Positions 36,940 through 49,170 of a DNA stretch of 64,000 bases are shown here, one piece after another. The notes beneath the pieces were generated by a model that made no database searches, was not told the origin of the DNA, and saw only the letters and a list, made by a program, of their open reading frames with translations. Position 1 is the stretch's first letter. Each line of letters starts with the position of its first letter. Origin of the DNA: Convolutriloba macropyga (taxonomy: Eukaryota); NCBI RefSeq assembly GCF_964194025.1, contig NC_134474.1, positions 13,826,001 to 13,890,000 of the forward strand, written 5' to 3'. A program made the translations under genes and the position numbers.

Positions 36940-37930
36940 TCCCAAACGACAATATCAAGCTTCTCTATTATACGTTTAAAGAAATAGGCCATAATGATAG
37001 TCTTTTATGGATTGGGAAAACGAGTTTCTTTCAGATCAAATGAGTTGTTGCTTTAATTCTGCTTTTTATTATGATTTAGATAGAAAATTATGATAATGAC
37101 TATATACCACCGTTTCTCACAATGGATTTTATCGTATCAGTAAACATATGTCAGATTGAGAACATTTCAGATCACGCAAAAAATCAAAAAGTAAAGCGCC
37201 GGAAACTTAGTTGATAGCTAAGAGTGTTCCAGAACAGCGCAGAATCTGTTTAGTCAAATTTTTTCAGAAAAACTTGATTACAATAGAGACTTCAAACTAA
37301 GTTCGCGAAAAATTAAAAACGCTAGTACCCAGGACAGTAAATCCTCACTCTGGGCGAGCATATTTTCAAGACCTCTTAACCTCGTGGTAACTGCACCTGA
37401 ATAACACTCTATTGTCACAGGTTCGTTTCCCATCAAACTACTTTGAGCATTTTAGGTCGTTGACTACTTTCGATATGTTCGATTAAGCATGCTGCTCAAT
37501 GCGGCTCTTAAACATGCGCTGCGAGAGGCCCATTAAACATGATTTTTTTTTTACCATTTTACAGCTGACGCGTTGAGTATACAGGATAACAATGTTCTCT
37601 CTGCCAAACACACACAGGCACATAAACCGGCTCTTGTCGCAACATTTGCTCTCGAACAACAGGCGGCATGGTGTTGATTAGAGAATTTCATGTCAACAAA
37701 AGGGAAAGTGCACGAGACATTCCGGTTAAAACTAAATATACTTTCCAACCGGTTCAAACAATATCGATTCCTATCGACAAAATCAAGTTACCTTATTGTA
37801 CGCTTAAAAAATGGTTTATAGGCCCTAGTAATAGTCTTTTTTGAATTCAGAAAAAGATGTTCTGTTTTTTATTTCAGATAAAGTTAATTGTTGCCTTAAC
37901 TATGATTTTAATTATGATACAAATAGATAA
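36940..37930 (+). repeat. two diverged direct copies of a ~150 bp segment (36940-37085, 37770-37930)
   Basis: CGACAA.ATCAAG...TATT.TACG.TTAAA...ATAGGCC.TA...ATAGTCTTTT...TTTCAGAT.AA...TTGTTGC.TTAA shared. Confidence 0.65.
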
Positions 37931-39499
37931 GGGAATGGAATGCTATTGTTTCTATTAATGGTTGTAACAGCAGCCTGAAAGGATTTTTAGACCAGTCTGC
38001 CAATAGCGGGAAAATTCCGGTTTATTAGAAATATACACGAGATTGAGAACTTTTAATTTTTTTGATTCTAAACCATCATTACTCGTTTTTCACACTATAT
38101 AAATATTTGCCCAACCAGAGGCTTGAAAGAACCAATGGTGGTATCATTTGTGGATCCGATGGTGTAAAAAATCTGATGTCTCTATGAGTTTTCAGGGAGT
38201 TCTACGTATAAGTGTCAGGTTGTTCTCAAAATAAGTCTGCAATTTTTCAAAATCTTGTCTCAAATATTAAAATGAGCACTCTGAGACAAAGTTTTATCAA
38301 ATCACTATGTCTGTCTAGTTATTCAATTTCAGAAATTGATGTTTTTTTTACTTTTAACAACATTTTGATAATGATTTGGCATTTGACGATATTATAACCA
38401 AATAAAAGGCAGCTTTCCTGAGAAAACAAACAAATGTTTCCTCAAATTGCTTAGAGAGCTAGCTGCGTTTTCTTTGGCCACAAACAACAATTTGAATTGC
38501 GATTTTGTCATCAAGAAAATTGACTAGTGAACAGCTATAGCAGTAACAAAGGTTGCCTTTTTTGCTATCGGGTTTTTTGCATTTCATACAGTTAGCAATT
38601 AGGTTTAAATTGTATAATGAATTGCTGGCATCTTGCGATGGTAACAGAGAAAGCCATGCACTAATGCCAATGTATTTGATTGATAAGGATCCGTTTATAC
38701 TTCAGTACTGGTCATCGCTAGACTAGGACCTTTTGGACCTATTGATGACCTGTCGAGTAGATTTTTTAATTGGGTACATAATTTATACCATATGTGTTGC
38801 AAACAAGTGTACATCTTACTCGAGAACAATTTAATATTATTATTATTCTTATATAACTCTCTACTAACCAATTTTCTTGATGACGAAATCACAACTCAAA
38901 ATATTGTATGCGTGATACCGAAATTAGTGCATCAGTGCACGTAAACTGAAGTTAGTGCAGGGCCTTTTCTGACAACTTTTCAATGCAAGCAATTCATATT
39001 GTAATTTAAACCTGGTTGTTTACGGCGTGAAGTGCATGAAATGTGATAGCAAAAACTAATGGATGTGACTGCTATAACCCTCCGTAATCGATTTTTTTGA
39101 TAAATTCAAATTGATTCAAATTGATGTATGTGGTCGATAGAAACGCAGATGGCTCTCCTGATATTTTGCGGAAATATCTGTTTGCTATTGGAAGAATACG
39201 GCCTTCGCTTTAATTATGATATCATCAAATGTCATATCGAAGCAGAAAACACTTTTTTCATTATTTGAGATTGAGTTTCAATCGGCCATATACAATATTT
39301 TGAATTGCGATTCTGTCTTTAAAAAAATCGGTTCGTGTAGAGTTATAGCAATCACGTTCCTTGACATTTAAAATGTGCGGCCTTTTTGATCTCTTCTCAA
39401 AATAAAACAAAATACAAGCAATTCTTCCTAAAAAAATTCTGGTTGTTGACGGTATGAAATGCATAAAACTGGATGGAGAGATTTAAGCTTTTTTTATCT

Positions 39500-42300
39500 T
39501 CATAAATGTAAATTTAAAGTCATAACCACAACACAAAAGTTTGGTTAAACATTTACAATATCAAAATCGCCTCGTAAATATAAGAATAGTTTGTTCTTTA
39601 TACTTCAGTAGAAAAAATTCTTAAAGCCTCTTAATTGTCTATCTATTGGAACACGTTCGTGCAGTTTGACCATTTCGCTGCTTAGTTTTTCCTTACACTT
39701 ATTTTAGTTTTCACTTTTCGGATTACAATTGGCAAATTATTCCACTTCCTAGAAAAACATCTGATCAGTGACCGGTCACTCCATTTGGAATGGCACTTAT
39801 TCTTTGGAAAAAAACTAAACAGTTCGGGAGTTTTTGGTCAATTTGTACTTTTCAAAAATCTTGAAAGAGGAATATTTAGTTTTTCGACTGCTCTCTTTAT
39901 ATTGTGAGAGGAGGTCAAACATTTTAAGAGGACAAACTTTTTGAATGAAAAGGTCTGCTGGTAAAATTTTGTCTCTCAAAAATAGATATCTTGCACTGTC
40001 AAACTTTTTGCGCAGGTGGCAAACCTTTATTCCCCAATTTATTCTTCTATTAACTCTCTGAAGTGACATAACCGACAACGATTGAAAAAAAGCACTGAAA
40101 TTGAGACGGGACGAAACAAGTGATTTTAAAAGACCGATTCTTGCTTTTAGTGGTAGAAAATGTCTTACCAGGTAAATTGACCTAATAGCATTTGCCATTT
40201 TTGTTAACATTTTGTTTAGCTGAATGTCAAAGTTTAGATTGTTATCAATCATTATTTCTAAATAACGACAACCTGTTTTTGGCTCTATGAAAATTCCATT
40301 ATAAAAAAATTGTTCAATTTGTGATTCACCATTTCTACTTTTGAAAAATACACAACTTCTCTTTTATCTGGGTTTAAAGTTAGCACATTTTGCCTCATAT
40401 AACTGTCAGTTTTTTCAGATACACTGTCAATTTCACATAAAAGAATCTCATCGGATTTGGAATGAAAAATAATGTTTGTGTCATCTGCAAACTGTAAAAC
40501 GTCCTCTTTTTTTTCATTTTTTCTGGGAGATTGTTGATATACATTATAAAAAATAAAGGTCCGAGAACTGTTCCTTGAGGTACTCCGTGATTGATAGTCA
40601 TCCAGTTCAAAAATACAATGCCGTTCTTTAAGCATTGTTTTCTGTTAGACAAAAACGATTCTAGTTTTGCAATTGATTCCATACTAAATCCATATTGTTT
40701 AATTTTTTCGAGAGTTAAAATCTTTAGCTAAATCCAAGAATATACTAACAACGGTTTTGTTTTCTTCTATCAAACAGTTCACTGATTCTGTCAACGATAC
40801 CACTGTGTCATTCAGAGATTTTCTTTTCAGAAACCCAAATTGATTTTTATTGTTCATTGCATACTTTTCAACGTTCTAGCATTTGTTGGAGCAAAAGTGT
40901 TTCAAAAACTTTTGCAAAATTCGGTGTAACTGAAATTAGTCTGTAGTTTTGTGCTTCCATTGGATAACCTTTTTTGTAAATTGGAGTTACATATGCTTTT
41001 TTAAGTAAGTCGGGAAAATAATTTTTGATATGCATTCGTTTATAGAAAACTGTAGATGTGTTCCAAGAGACAGTTGGCTGCACTTGAAGAACCATGTAGT
41101 AAGAAGTCCAGGAACAGCTGCTTTGTTTTGTAGTAATTGATCACTTACAGTAAACAGTTCTTTTCTCGTTATACGTCTGAAGGAAAACTCAGTTTTGTCA
41201 AAAGCATAGTCCTGTAACTCAACTTTTTTTGATTCGCCTTCGTATCAACCTAATTTAGAAAAAAAATACAAATTGTGTTAGCGATTTCTTTTTTGTCTTT
41301 TAAATTATCTTGGTTGAACCGAATTCCAAAAATTTTGCTATTTTTATCCTTGTGCTTTATTTTTGTTCTAATGAATTTCCACTGTTGTTTTGAATCGGGA
41401 AGATCTTCTGTGAATAATTGTGACTCGCTCTTCCCAGTAGTCTGCTTGAATGGTTTCTTATTCTTTTGTATGAGTTATATGTGTCAACGTCTGATTTTTG
41501 TCTTCCAAATATTTAAAAGCCTGTGCTTTTCGTTGATAAGATTCTGTATTTCTCTGAATAACCATTTCTCTTTTGTTGATTGTGACGATGGCTCTCCTAT
41601 TTTGATGGGAGCTATATTATTCAGAATATTTCCAAACATATTTGAAATTTTTTCAAAATTTGAGTTTGCATTGTTTTGTTGATACATGGACTCCAATCCG
41701 CTGATGCAATTTTTTTTGTTAAGATTAGCTCTGGTAAATTTGCTAGTATCCAGATAAAAAACTTCGTTTTGTTGTTTTCATAATCAATGTCCAAAGACAA
41801 AAGGAAATTTGTGTAAAGTGATCACTTCCAAATAACTGCTCGATAACAGTTGTGTCAAAAATTTGGTGTTTTGTTGTTAAACAGTGATCAATCAGTGTTT
41901 TCTGATTTCCATTTGTCCAGTTTGGAGTATTTTTGTTTACTATCTCAAGCCCATTTTTGGAAGCAAATTCTTTCAATAACCCTCTTTCTCTTTGATTGAA
42001 AAAACTGATGTCATAGTCTCCGAATAGTTCTACATTATCTGTTAAAAAATTATCTTCTAGAAAAAATTCGCTCAAGTTTTTGTTGGAACAATAAGAAACG
42101 TTTACTAGAAGATTTTTCTTAAGCGGTGCTTGTATTTCAAGCCATAGTGATTCAAAAAAACTTCTGTTAAAAGATTTGAGATCATTCCGTATTTTATGTT
42201 TGAATGTATTTGGTACCCATATTCCTACTCCACCACCTCTCGTTTTCAATGCTGTCGAATTAGATATCTCTCTTGAGGCCAATGAATTAGATATCTCTCT
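39500..42300 (-). mobile_element. degenerate CR1-group LINE ORF2 (endonuclease + RT)
   Basis: RGGGVGIWVP, FESLWLEI, TLIDHC, GSDH (APE); FPDLLKKAYVTPIYKKG, NYRLIS, GVPQGTVLGPLFFIMYIN, QFADDT, YLEIMID (RT); fragmented. Confidence 0.88.
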
Positions 42301-43849
42301 TCTCACCTTCATTGGACAATGATTTCTTTACCTCGTCACTGCCGTATTTCTACTGGACGAGAAATTAGGATTGGTAAATACCCGAGCCGACGATTTTCCC
42401 CAAAAATAGCGGGGAAAAGAGTGTAAATAGTGTAAAAATTCAAAAACAACACCCCTATTTCCCCGCTAGATAGGGGTGGATTAAGAGTGAAACCTCGGCC
42501 CGGGTACTGACTGATGGTTGAACAGACGTTCAGACGGTCATTGCACACAAAGTACCTCATGCGTCATAATCTGTTGGTTTTAAATGCTTCTCGGGTGATA
42601 TCTGACCGACACTTTTTCTTGTGAGTCGAGTAATCTAGAGAAACAATCATGTTTTTCGTTTCCTCTGTAAGGCGACGAATTGCGTTGGAAGTTTTAACCG
42701 TTTGTGTAGTCTCATCAAACATTTTGGAATCATCTTAATGTTTTGCGGTCAGTTTAACACTTAACAAAATAAATTATGTCAATTTTAAAAAATAACGAGT
42801 CTAGATCTCATTTTAATCATTGATCTAACCCTTATTTGATAATTTCATTATAATGAGAGTCATACTAAGTTTTTAGTGAAATTTATATTGTTGGAAATCA
42901 CCATTATGCCATGTAGTGCCATTTTTGTGTTAACCTGTATCATGTTTCCCTAGAAGATATCATTTAACGTTTCCCAAATTCTAAACCCTGTCTTGTTTAT
43001 TTGCAACGTAAGAAAAGCTCTCCAAGGAACAAATTGTTTGCAGACTGTTCAATGAGCTGTTTGTTCTTGTCATCGAAAAAAAAACTATGAAATTCTCGCT
43101 TGGCGTCAAAGTTCTATAGTGGCTTGTTATGTTTGATTTCATTAGATTTTCTACTTCAACCCCGTTTCTCTGTTGATATCAAAGTCTCAGTTGCCACTGC
43201 TCAGCTAACGCATTGAAAATTTATAATGATGCACCAGCTTAGATTCCAGTCCCATGCATTTTACGAGTTGCTAATTGGAGCATATTAGTTAAACCATATT
43301 CACCCTAAGACGATCGTAACGCATTTTCAGCTGAAGAAACCTAAATGAGATGTTCGTTTTCAAAACTGTAGTTTATACTGAAAAAATACTGTAGTTTTTG
43401 TTACCCCGTTTTTTGTAATTAGAACAGGCTTTTGTTACTGCCAATCTAAACAATGATCTTTTTGGTGAATTGAGTTAACAATTAACTTGATCACCAAACT
43501 ATGTTTATCAAAACATCAAAATGACTGTTTAATGAAATAAACCTCCTTCAGCAGTGCATTTAATTTTTCCACACAATGTTTATTTTCACCCCATATTGTT
43601 CAACAACGCATTTTAAAAGAAAATTGGACAGATTTTTGCGACAGATTTTTTAAAAAGAAAATCCAATTGGACTCCAATGGTTGAGCATATTTTACTTCGT
43701 TTTCGGAAGCAAAAAATCTGCAACCTTGTTTCGTCCTTGAAAAAGTTTACGTTAGGTTCTCTATAAATCAAAAGAGGCCACTATCATCTTAAGAAAATTT
43801 ATCTTTTTCCTTATATAGTTTTAAGTTTAAAGCGAATTCCTCTGTATTA

Positions 43850-44930
43850 TCGCAGACTCCAAAAATGGTAGACATTAGCAGTTCAATTATTTGAAAAGAA
43901 AATTATTTTTGTACAACTTTGTTAAAGTTTCATTTTGTTGATTCACCTTGCTTTAAAATTTTTGGTTTCCTTGTTTTCGTATGAAAGTTTACACAAAATT
44001 TTTCAAGTAAAACTTTTCTACCTTTTTTGAAAGGACAAGTCCATTTTAAAGACAAAAATGAGCAAGAGATATCATTTTCAAAGCACTTGGATTCGTTGTT
44101 TTATCAGTGGTCTTCTTTGTTGTTTTTTAAAATATGGCCGTCACTGTCTATATCTGATCTGTTTCAAACCTTCTTTGTCATTAGGTTGTGCCTTTTTGTT
44201 TTTCTTGATAATGTCGCGTTTCTAATTTTCAGTTGATTTTTCCCTTTTGACACTACAGAGATTTGAAATGTGAAAGATTTCCACTGCTAATTTCATCTTT
44301 TTTAATGACCGTCATTTCACAATTTCTTGTTTCCAGATTTTTAAATGAGTTATTGATGAAATTTCGAATGTTTTTCTTTTTTTGTTATTATACGGGCAAA
44401 AACAATTTTCCATGCTACTCTAATAGCGAGGGAATTTCGGGTTTGAACCTTTTCAAAGTTAAATTGCAATTGAAAATTTGTTGCCCGTTGTTTTTCTTAT
44501 TCGATGAAATTTTTTCCTTGACGCAAAGAATGATAAATTTTTTTTGTTACTTGAAAAATAACATACTTTCTTCTACAAAAGTGAACCAGAAAATAATTAC
44601 CTCCAAAATTTTTTAATTTCAAAAAAAAGTTAAATTTGTCTTGTAAAATGCATTTTGGTTTTTTCTGTTCCTTGGACGCTGGCGATGTGGCTTCAAAGTT
44701 CAAGTCATCGGCTCGTCGCCTCCTGATGACTAGCAATTTGTCAAGGTCTTCGATTTCATTCAATTTCACGAACTTAAGTCTCTCTGATCCGTTTCCGCCA
44801 CAACAGAGACAACACAGTTATATGTTAAGGTAAACATATTACGTTTCTGTGCTTTGAATTCAAGTTTTGTGGCACACTCTGGTAATGGCTCATATAGATG
44901 GATATTGTTGCATTTGATCGATTTTTTTTG
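43850..44930 (-). mobile_element. probable decayed LINE ORF1 remnant
   Basis: Cys/His-spaced N-terminal remnant (IKCN..H...C...LCCLC), then a charged coiled-coil-like stretch (44497-44769); same strand as, and upstream of, the ORF2 at 39500-42300. Confidence 0.35.
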
Positions 44931-45735
44931 TGATCGATTTTTGTGGAAAAGTTCTTTTTAGTGTCTGACAAAAAAAATCACAATAGTTAGGTTGGTTTGC
45001 AACAACATGACAGAGTTTTGTAATTGGATGTTCTGCAGAACTCCCATTGGTTAATCAAAAAATGTTCACCGCCTCTATCATTTATTTTTTTCCATTTTAG
45101 CATCGAAGGGTGGTTTGATTATCAGTAAACTGTCCTTTCGTGGACACTGCTTTTGTGTTCTGTCATTCATGTTTTGTTGATTACCTGTCAAAACTATCCA
45201 TCATATTTTCCTGACCTGAATGTATTTTTAAGTTTTTTAAACTCGTGTCAGTGATGTTAATTGATAATCCACTCGACTCACAGAAAACTTAAGAATGGAG
45301 CTTCAATTAGAATATTATTTTAACTGGACCGTGGCAGAGTATTTTGTCAATTCCATTTTTCGTAATTTTGTGTTTATTCATCTTTGTGTAAGTCTTTTTG
45401 TAGCGGCAATAATTCAAAAACCATTGCTTGAGTACATCAAACTATTTTTTTTCTATTTCGATTTTTGTATTTTCTCGTTGACGGTTCAAGGATTGGACTG
45501 AACAACAAGTTCACACAGGAAAAAAATTAAATATAGATGTTGGTAAAGAGCAATCGGTGAAGTTGTGTTAGATCACCGACAAAAAGGCGCGTTAACTTTT
45601 TTGCAATTGCATCTCTAAAGGTCATGAAACGTTTTACTGGTCGTTACATATTATTTTGTCATTCTTCGAACTTGGGGGTCATTCTATGGGTAGGAAACAT
45701 CCTTGTTGATCTAAATTGGGTCGCTTTTTTTCTAG

Positions 45736-45879
45736 CAATTGCAAGTGGTGATGATACAAGTGAAAGACCATGGGGTGTTCTTTGAAGGAGATTCCTACCT
45801 TCTCCTACACACTGAAAAGACTGGCCCAAACAACTTCAGCTACAACATACATTTCTGGCTGGGCAAATATACATCACAG
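45736..45879 (+). CDS. villin-like coding exon 2 (G1)
   Basis: TTTTCTAG|CAA TTG...; QLQVVMIQVKDHGVFFEGDSYLLLHT...YNIHFWLGKYTSQ|GTAAGT; phases 0/0. Confidence 0.93.
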
Positions 45880-45957
45880 GTAAGTCTTGAAGTCTGGAAG
45901 CATACGATAATCAATTATCTTCAGGGCTAATTAGCAGTCTTCCAAATCCTGCTAGGG

Positions 45958-45960
<3 letters not shown>

Positions 45961-46024
<64 letters not shown>
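45961..46024. repeat. (TA)n microsatellite
   Basis: Perfect TA run in villin intron 2. Confidence 0.97.
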
Positions 46025-46028
<4 letters not shown>

Positions 46029-46357
46029 TTCCTTGGTTCCATACAAACATCCTACTGGGAAATAAGTTATGATTTGTATGACAATTATCAGATTAGGATT
46101 ACAGGAAAAGGTCAACTCGGGACATTTCAAATTTTGATATTATTTTTGATAAAATTATTGATATAAATTAATTTGGAACGTAGTTAAATGGAAATAACAC
46201 CAATTTTCAGGAAGAAAATGTATGCTAATCTAAAAATAGCATCTAACATCTTCTCGGAACATTGGCTTTGGTTTTTCAACTTTTGTTTTTTGTTCATAAG
46301 TGAAGCTTCCATGGTGCTACAATTTTTGAACTAGTTTCTGATTTTATTGTTCTCTAG

Positions 46358-46480
46358 GACGAGTCAGGGGCAGCCGCGTACAAAGCAGTTGAGCTGGATG
46401 ATGTGCTGAATGGATGTGCAGTTCAGTACAGAGAATGTCAAGGTCACGAGAGTGCAAAGTTCACTTCATACTTCACCAAG
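46358..46480 (+). CDS. villin-like coding exon 3 (G1, not in ORF track)
   Basis: CTCTAG|GAC...; [41 protein letters not shown]|GT; hallmark G1 actin-binding helix. Confidence 0.94.
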
Positions 46481-47196
46481 GTGTCAAGTGTTCGTTTTCT
46501 TCTTGGAATAAATTAGTGTTTTTTTTGCTTAATGCCTTAACATATTCGTTCATATTCAACTTCAAAAGAACTTAATGATTTCAGGTTACTATAGTGCAAC
46601 CGTGTTCACGGGTATACGTTATTTGGAGAAATCATTGACTACCGGTAAAGCAGAAAATAATTCATCAGCAAAAACATTTTTTTCCTGGGCTCAAGAAAAT
46701 ATATAAATTTGTCATACATATAAATCAAGAGCAGATGAAGTTTATTGAGAACAGTAGTTCATAATACATTATAATGAAAACCCAAGACAGCAATTTGAAC
46801 TTCTATTTAATTTTATTTTCCCCGAATCTCCCCGGGGTGATGTGGTAGAAATATGAACCGGTTGCTCCAGACAAAAATTGGCCAAGATCTTGTGGTCGAA
46901 CAAAAAAATTGCCTTGACTCGAATTAGCTCGCATTAGCGTGAACTATCACGAAATATTCCGACAAAATGCGTTTATATTTCGACCCTGCGGGACTATGCG
47001 AAGTTTTCCGACTCTGAATAGAAAAGGAAACGATTCGAAACTGTGCGTCTATGATCAGACCGTGTGATTCAGACGAAAAATGGCTATGATCAGATGCTTA
47101 GACGAGAAGTTGACATGATTCGAAAACAAAACATTAATTCATTGATTCATTAATTAATCAATTAACGATTCATTAACTCTTGCGTTGTCGTTGAAG

Positions 47197-47421
47197 GGTA
47201 TCACATACAGACCCGGGGGCACCAAAAGCGGGTTCCGCCACGTGAATGTGAACAAAGCCACAACACGACTGCTGCACGTGAAGGGAAAGCGGAGGGTGCG
47301 AATGAGCGAAGTACCCCCAAGGTGGGCTTCCTTCAACTCGGGCGATGTGTTCATACTGGACCACGGGAAGGATGTGTATGTGTGGAATGGAAAACAGAGT
47401 AATCGGATGGAAAGATTGCAG
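47197..47421 (+). CDS. villin-like coding exon 4 (G1-G2 linker and G2)
   Basis: GITYRPGGTKSGFRHV...RLLHVKGKRRVRMSEVP..WASFNSGDVFILDHG..VYVWNGKQSNRMERLQ|GTAAAA; phases 0/0. Confidence 0.93.
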
Positions 47422-48050
47422 GTAAAAGTTCATTCGTAAAATTTACCCGAAAGCATTTGATTGGGTTGTACAAAAAACTGCTCTGATTTTGGAAAGAATA
47501 TAACATATATGAATAAGATAAGCACCGTGTAAGTTGAATTCATTGTCTTTGCCATTTGTGATCCAAAGTATGTTGAATATGGTAATTCAGACTGGAATCA
47601 AATTATTTGCAAGCGCGTGGAGTTTTCTTTTTTTTGTTCTCAGTTAGAAATTCCCACTTTAAGATCTTCTTTCCTCAAAAGGGAAATCCAAATCTGTTTT
47701 AGCAGTATTCAATGTTAGGTTTTTTCTTTTAAATTTTCATCCCTTTTGACTAAAACCAAAAGGATACAGCTTTTTAGTTCAAAACCTCATTTTCTAGTAT
47801 AGGAGCTGAGGTTTATTGAAATTGATGAACCATGTGCACTTTTTGATGTCCATGTAGTTTCTGATAAGGAGTGGAGAAAAGAGAGGTCCTAAAAACTTTC
47901 AATGAGGAATACAATGATTCGTTATTGCCTATTCTGAAAAAAAGTCTCTAAGTTTTACATAATGTTTTTAATCCGCTAGGAATAGCTCAAATCCGTCGGT
48001 GGTAGTTTCATGAGGAAAATAATTTATGGTCACAAGTTGTTAATTTTCAG

Positions 48051-48217
48051 GCAGTGAAAGCAGCCTGTGGAATTCGTGACGACCTGAAAGGGGGAGATGC
48101 AAAAGTGCACATAGTGGAGGAGACAGATCCACCGCCAAGTGGAATGGTGGAATTGTTAGGGTCACCAGAGCCAATCAAGACAGCCACCAGTGCTCCACCC
48201 GATGAAGAATTTGAGAG
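48051..48217 (+). CDS. villin-like coding exon 5 (end of G2)
   Basis: TTTTCAG|GCA; AVKAACGIRDDLKGGDAKVHIVEE...MVELLGSPEPIKTA...DEEFE(R)|GT; phases 0/2. Confidence 0.9.
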
Positions 48218-48407
48218 GTTATCAAATTTTCCCTCATATTGAATTGGCGTATCAGAATTAGCGTCATAATATAAATATCTGACTATTTAAATGATGGTTT
48301 TTGATAAAAACGCGATACTATCAAAATATAACAAATTGCAGCAATATTCATAGCCGTCGTATCCAAAATGAGTTTAAAAAGATCAGAGTTTCCAACAGCT
48401 AGGAGTA

Positions 48408-48539
48408 CACACTAAAAGTGTTAAGGTAATTTTACCTTAACAGACATAAGTTAAGTTTTTGTTCAGGTTTAATTAGGGTAAACTTAAACTAAACTTTACC
48501 TTAATTTGAATTAAAACCACCTCAGCTTTAATTAGTGTG
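48408..48539. mobile_element. TA-flanked MITE
   Basis: TA|CACACTAA ... TTAGTGTG|TA; internal hairpin TGTTAAGGTAA-TT-TTACCTTAACA. Confidence 0.65.
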
Positions 48540-48989
48540 TAAATTCGCAGAGACTTTGGGATTATTTTTTTTCGTCTGAGATGAAATTGTCGTCACGAAA
48601 TTACTTTCCACTTACAATATTCTGACAATCCTTTTTTCACTCAACTTAGAAACTTTGTTTTGAAAATATTGACGTTTTAAATGTTGCCTTGTTAGTGGGT
48701 TTGTGTCTGTAGCATGTCAGTTAACGAAGGCCCACATAGCCAAAAAATATCTTTGTCAGAGTGCCCAAATTCCACTGTGTAGCGAATGATAAAAGTGGGT
48801 TATATCAATAATTCATTTGCTCGCCTTAAATTGTTTGGTTGTGACAGATTCGTATCAAGTCCCACGGGCTGCTAACCCAGCTAACCCCTTTAAAGCACGA
48901 CTAAATGAATTTTTCAATACTCAATAAATATTCAGTAACAACCATTTTTTGAAAAAAATTATATATTGACAATTTGATTGAATTATCAC

Positions 48990-49170
48990 AATTCAGTAAT
49001 TGTTCCGACCCCTCTTGAGGGCGGAGGAACTATATACTCAAATGGGTTTTTTTTTGTTCAGTCAATTTTCGCCGATCGATATATTCATCGTAGAGAGTTG
49101 AGACTGGTATCATTAGAAAGCCCGTCCAGCGTAGAATATGGAATTAAAAAGATTTTTTAATTTTCGTTTT
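48990..49170 (+). repeat. interspersed repeat, second copy at ~53625-53810
   Basis: GGAACTATATACTCAAATGGGTTTTT...GCCGATCGATATATTCA..GTAGAGA...TGGTATCATTA.AAAGC.CGTCCAGCGTAG shared. Confidence 0.85.

Noticed and set aside
38950-39400. Protein-like fragments (TNGCDCYNPP, VVDRNADGSPDILRKYLF)
   Set aside because: Too short and interrupted to assign to any family.
42488-42520. Hammerhead-like words GAAAC...GTA...CTGATGG
   Set aside because: Core is CUGAUGG rather than CUGANGA, there is no room for stem I, and stem II does not close.
45927-46130. ORF with (IY)n run
   Set aside because: Translation of the (TA)n microsatellite.
48772-48870. tRNA-derived SINE (A/B-box-like words)
   Set aside because: Boxes too degenerate and too far apart; no cloverleaf or second copy seen.
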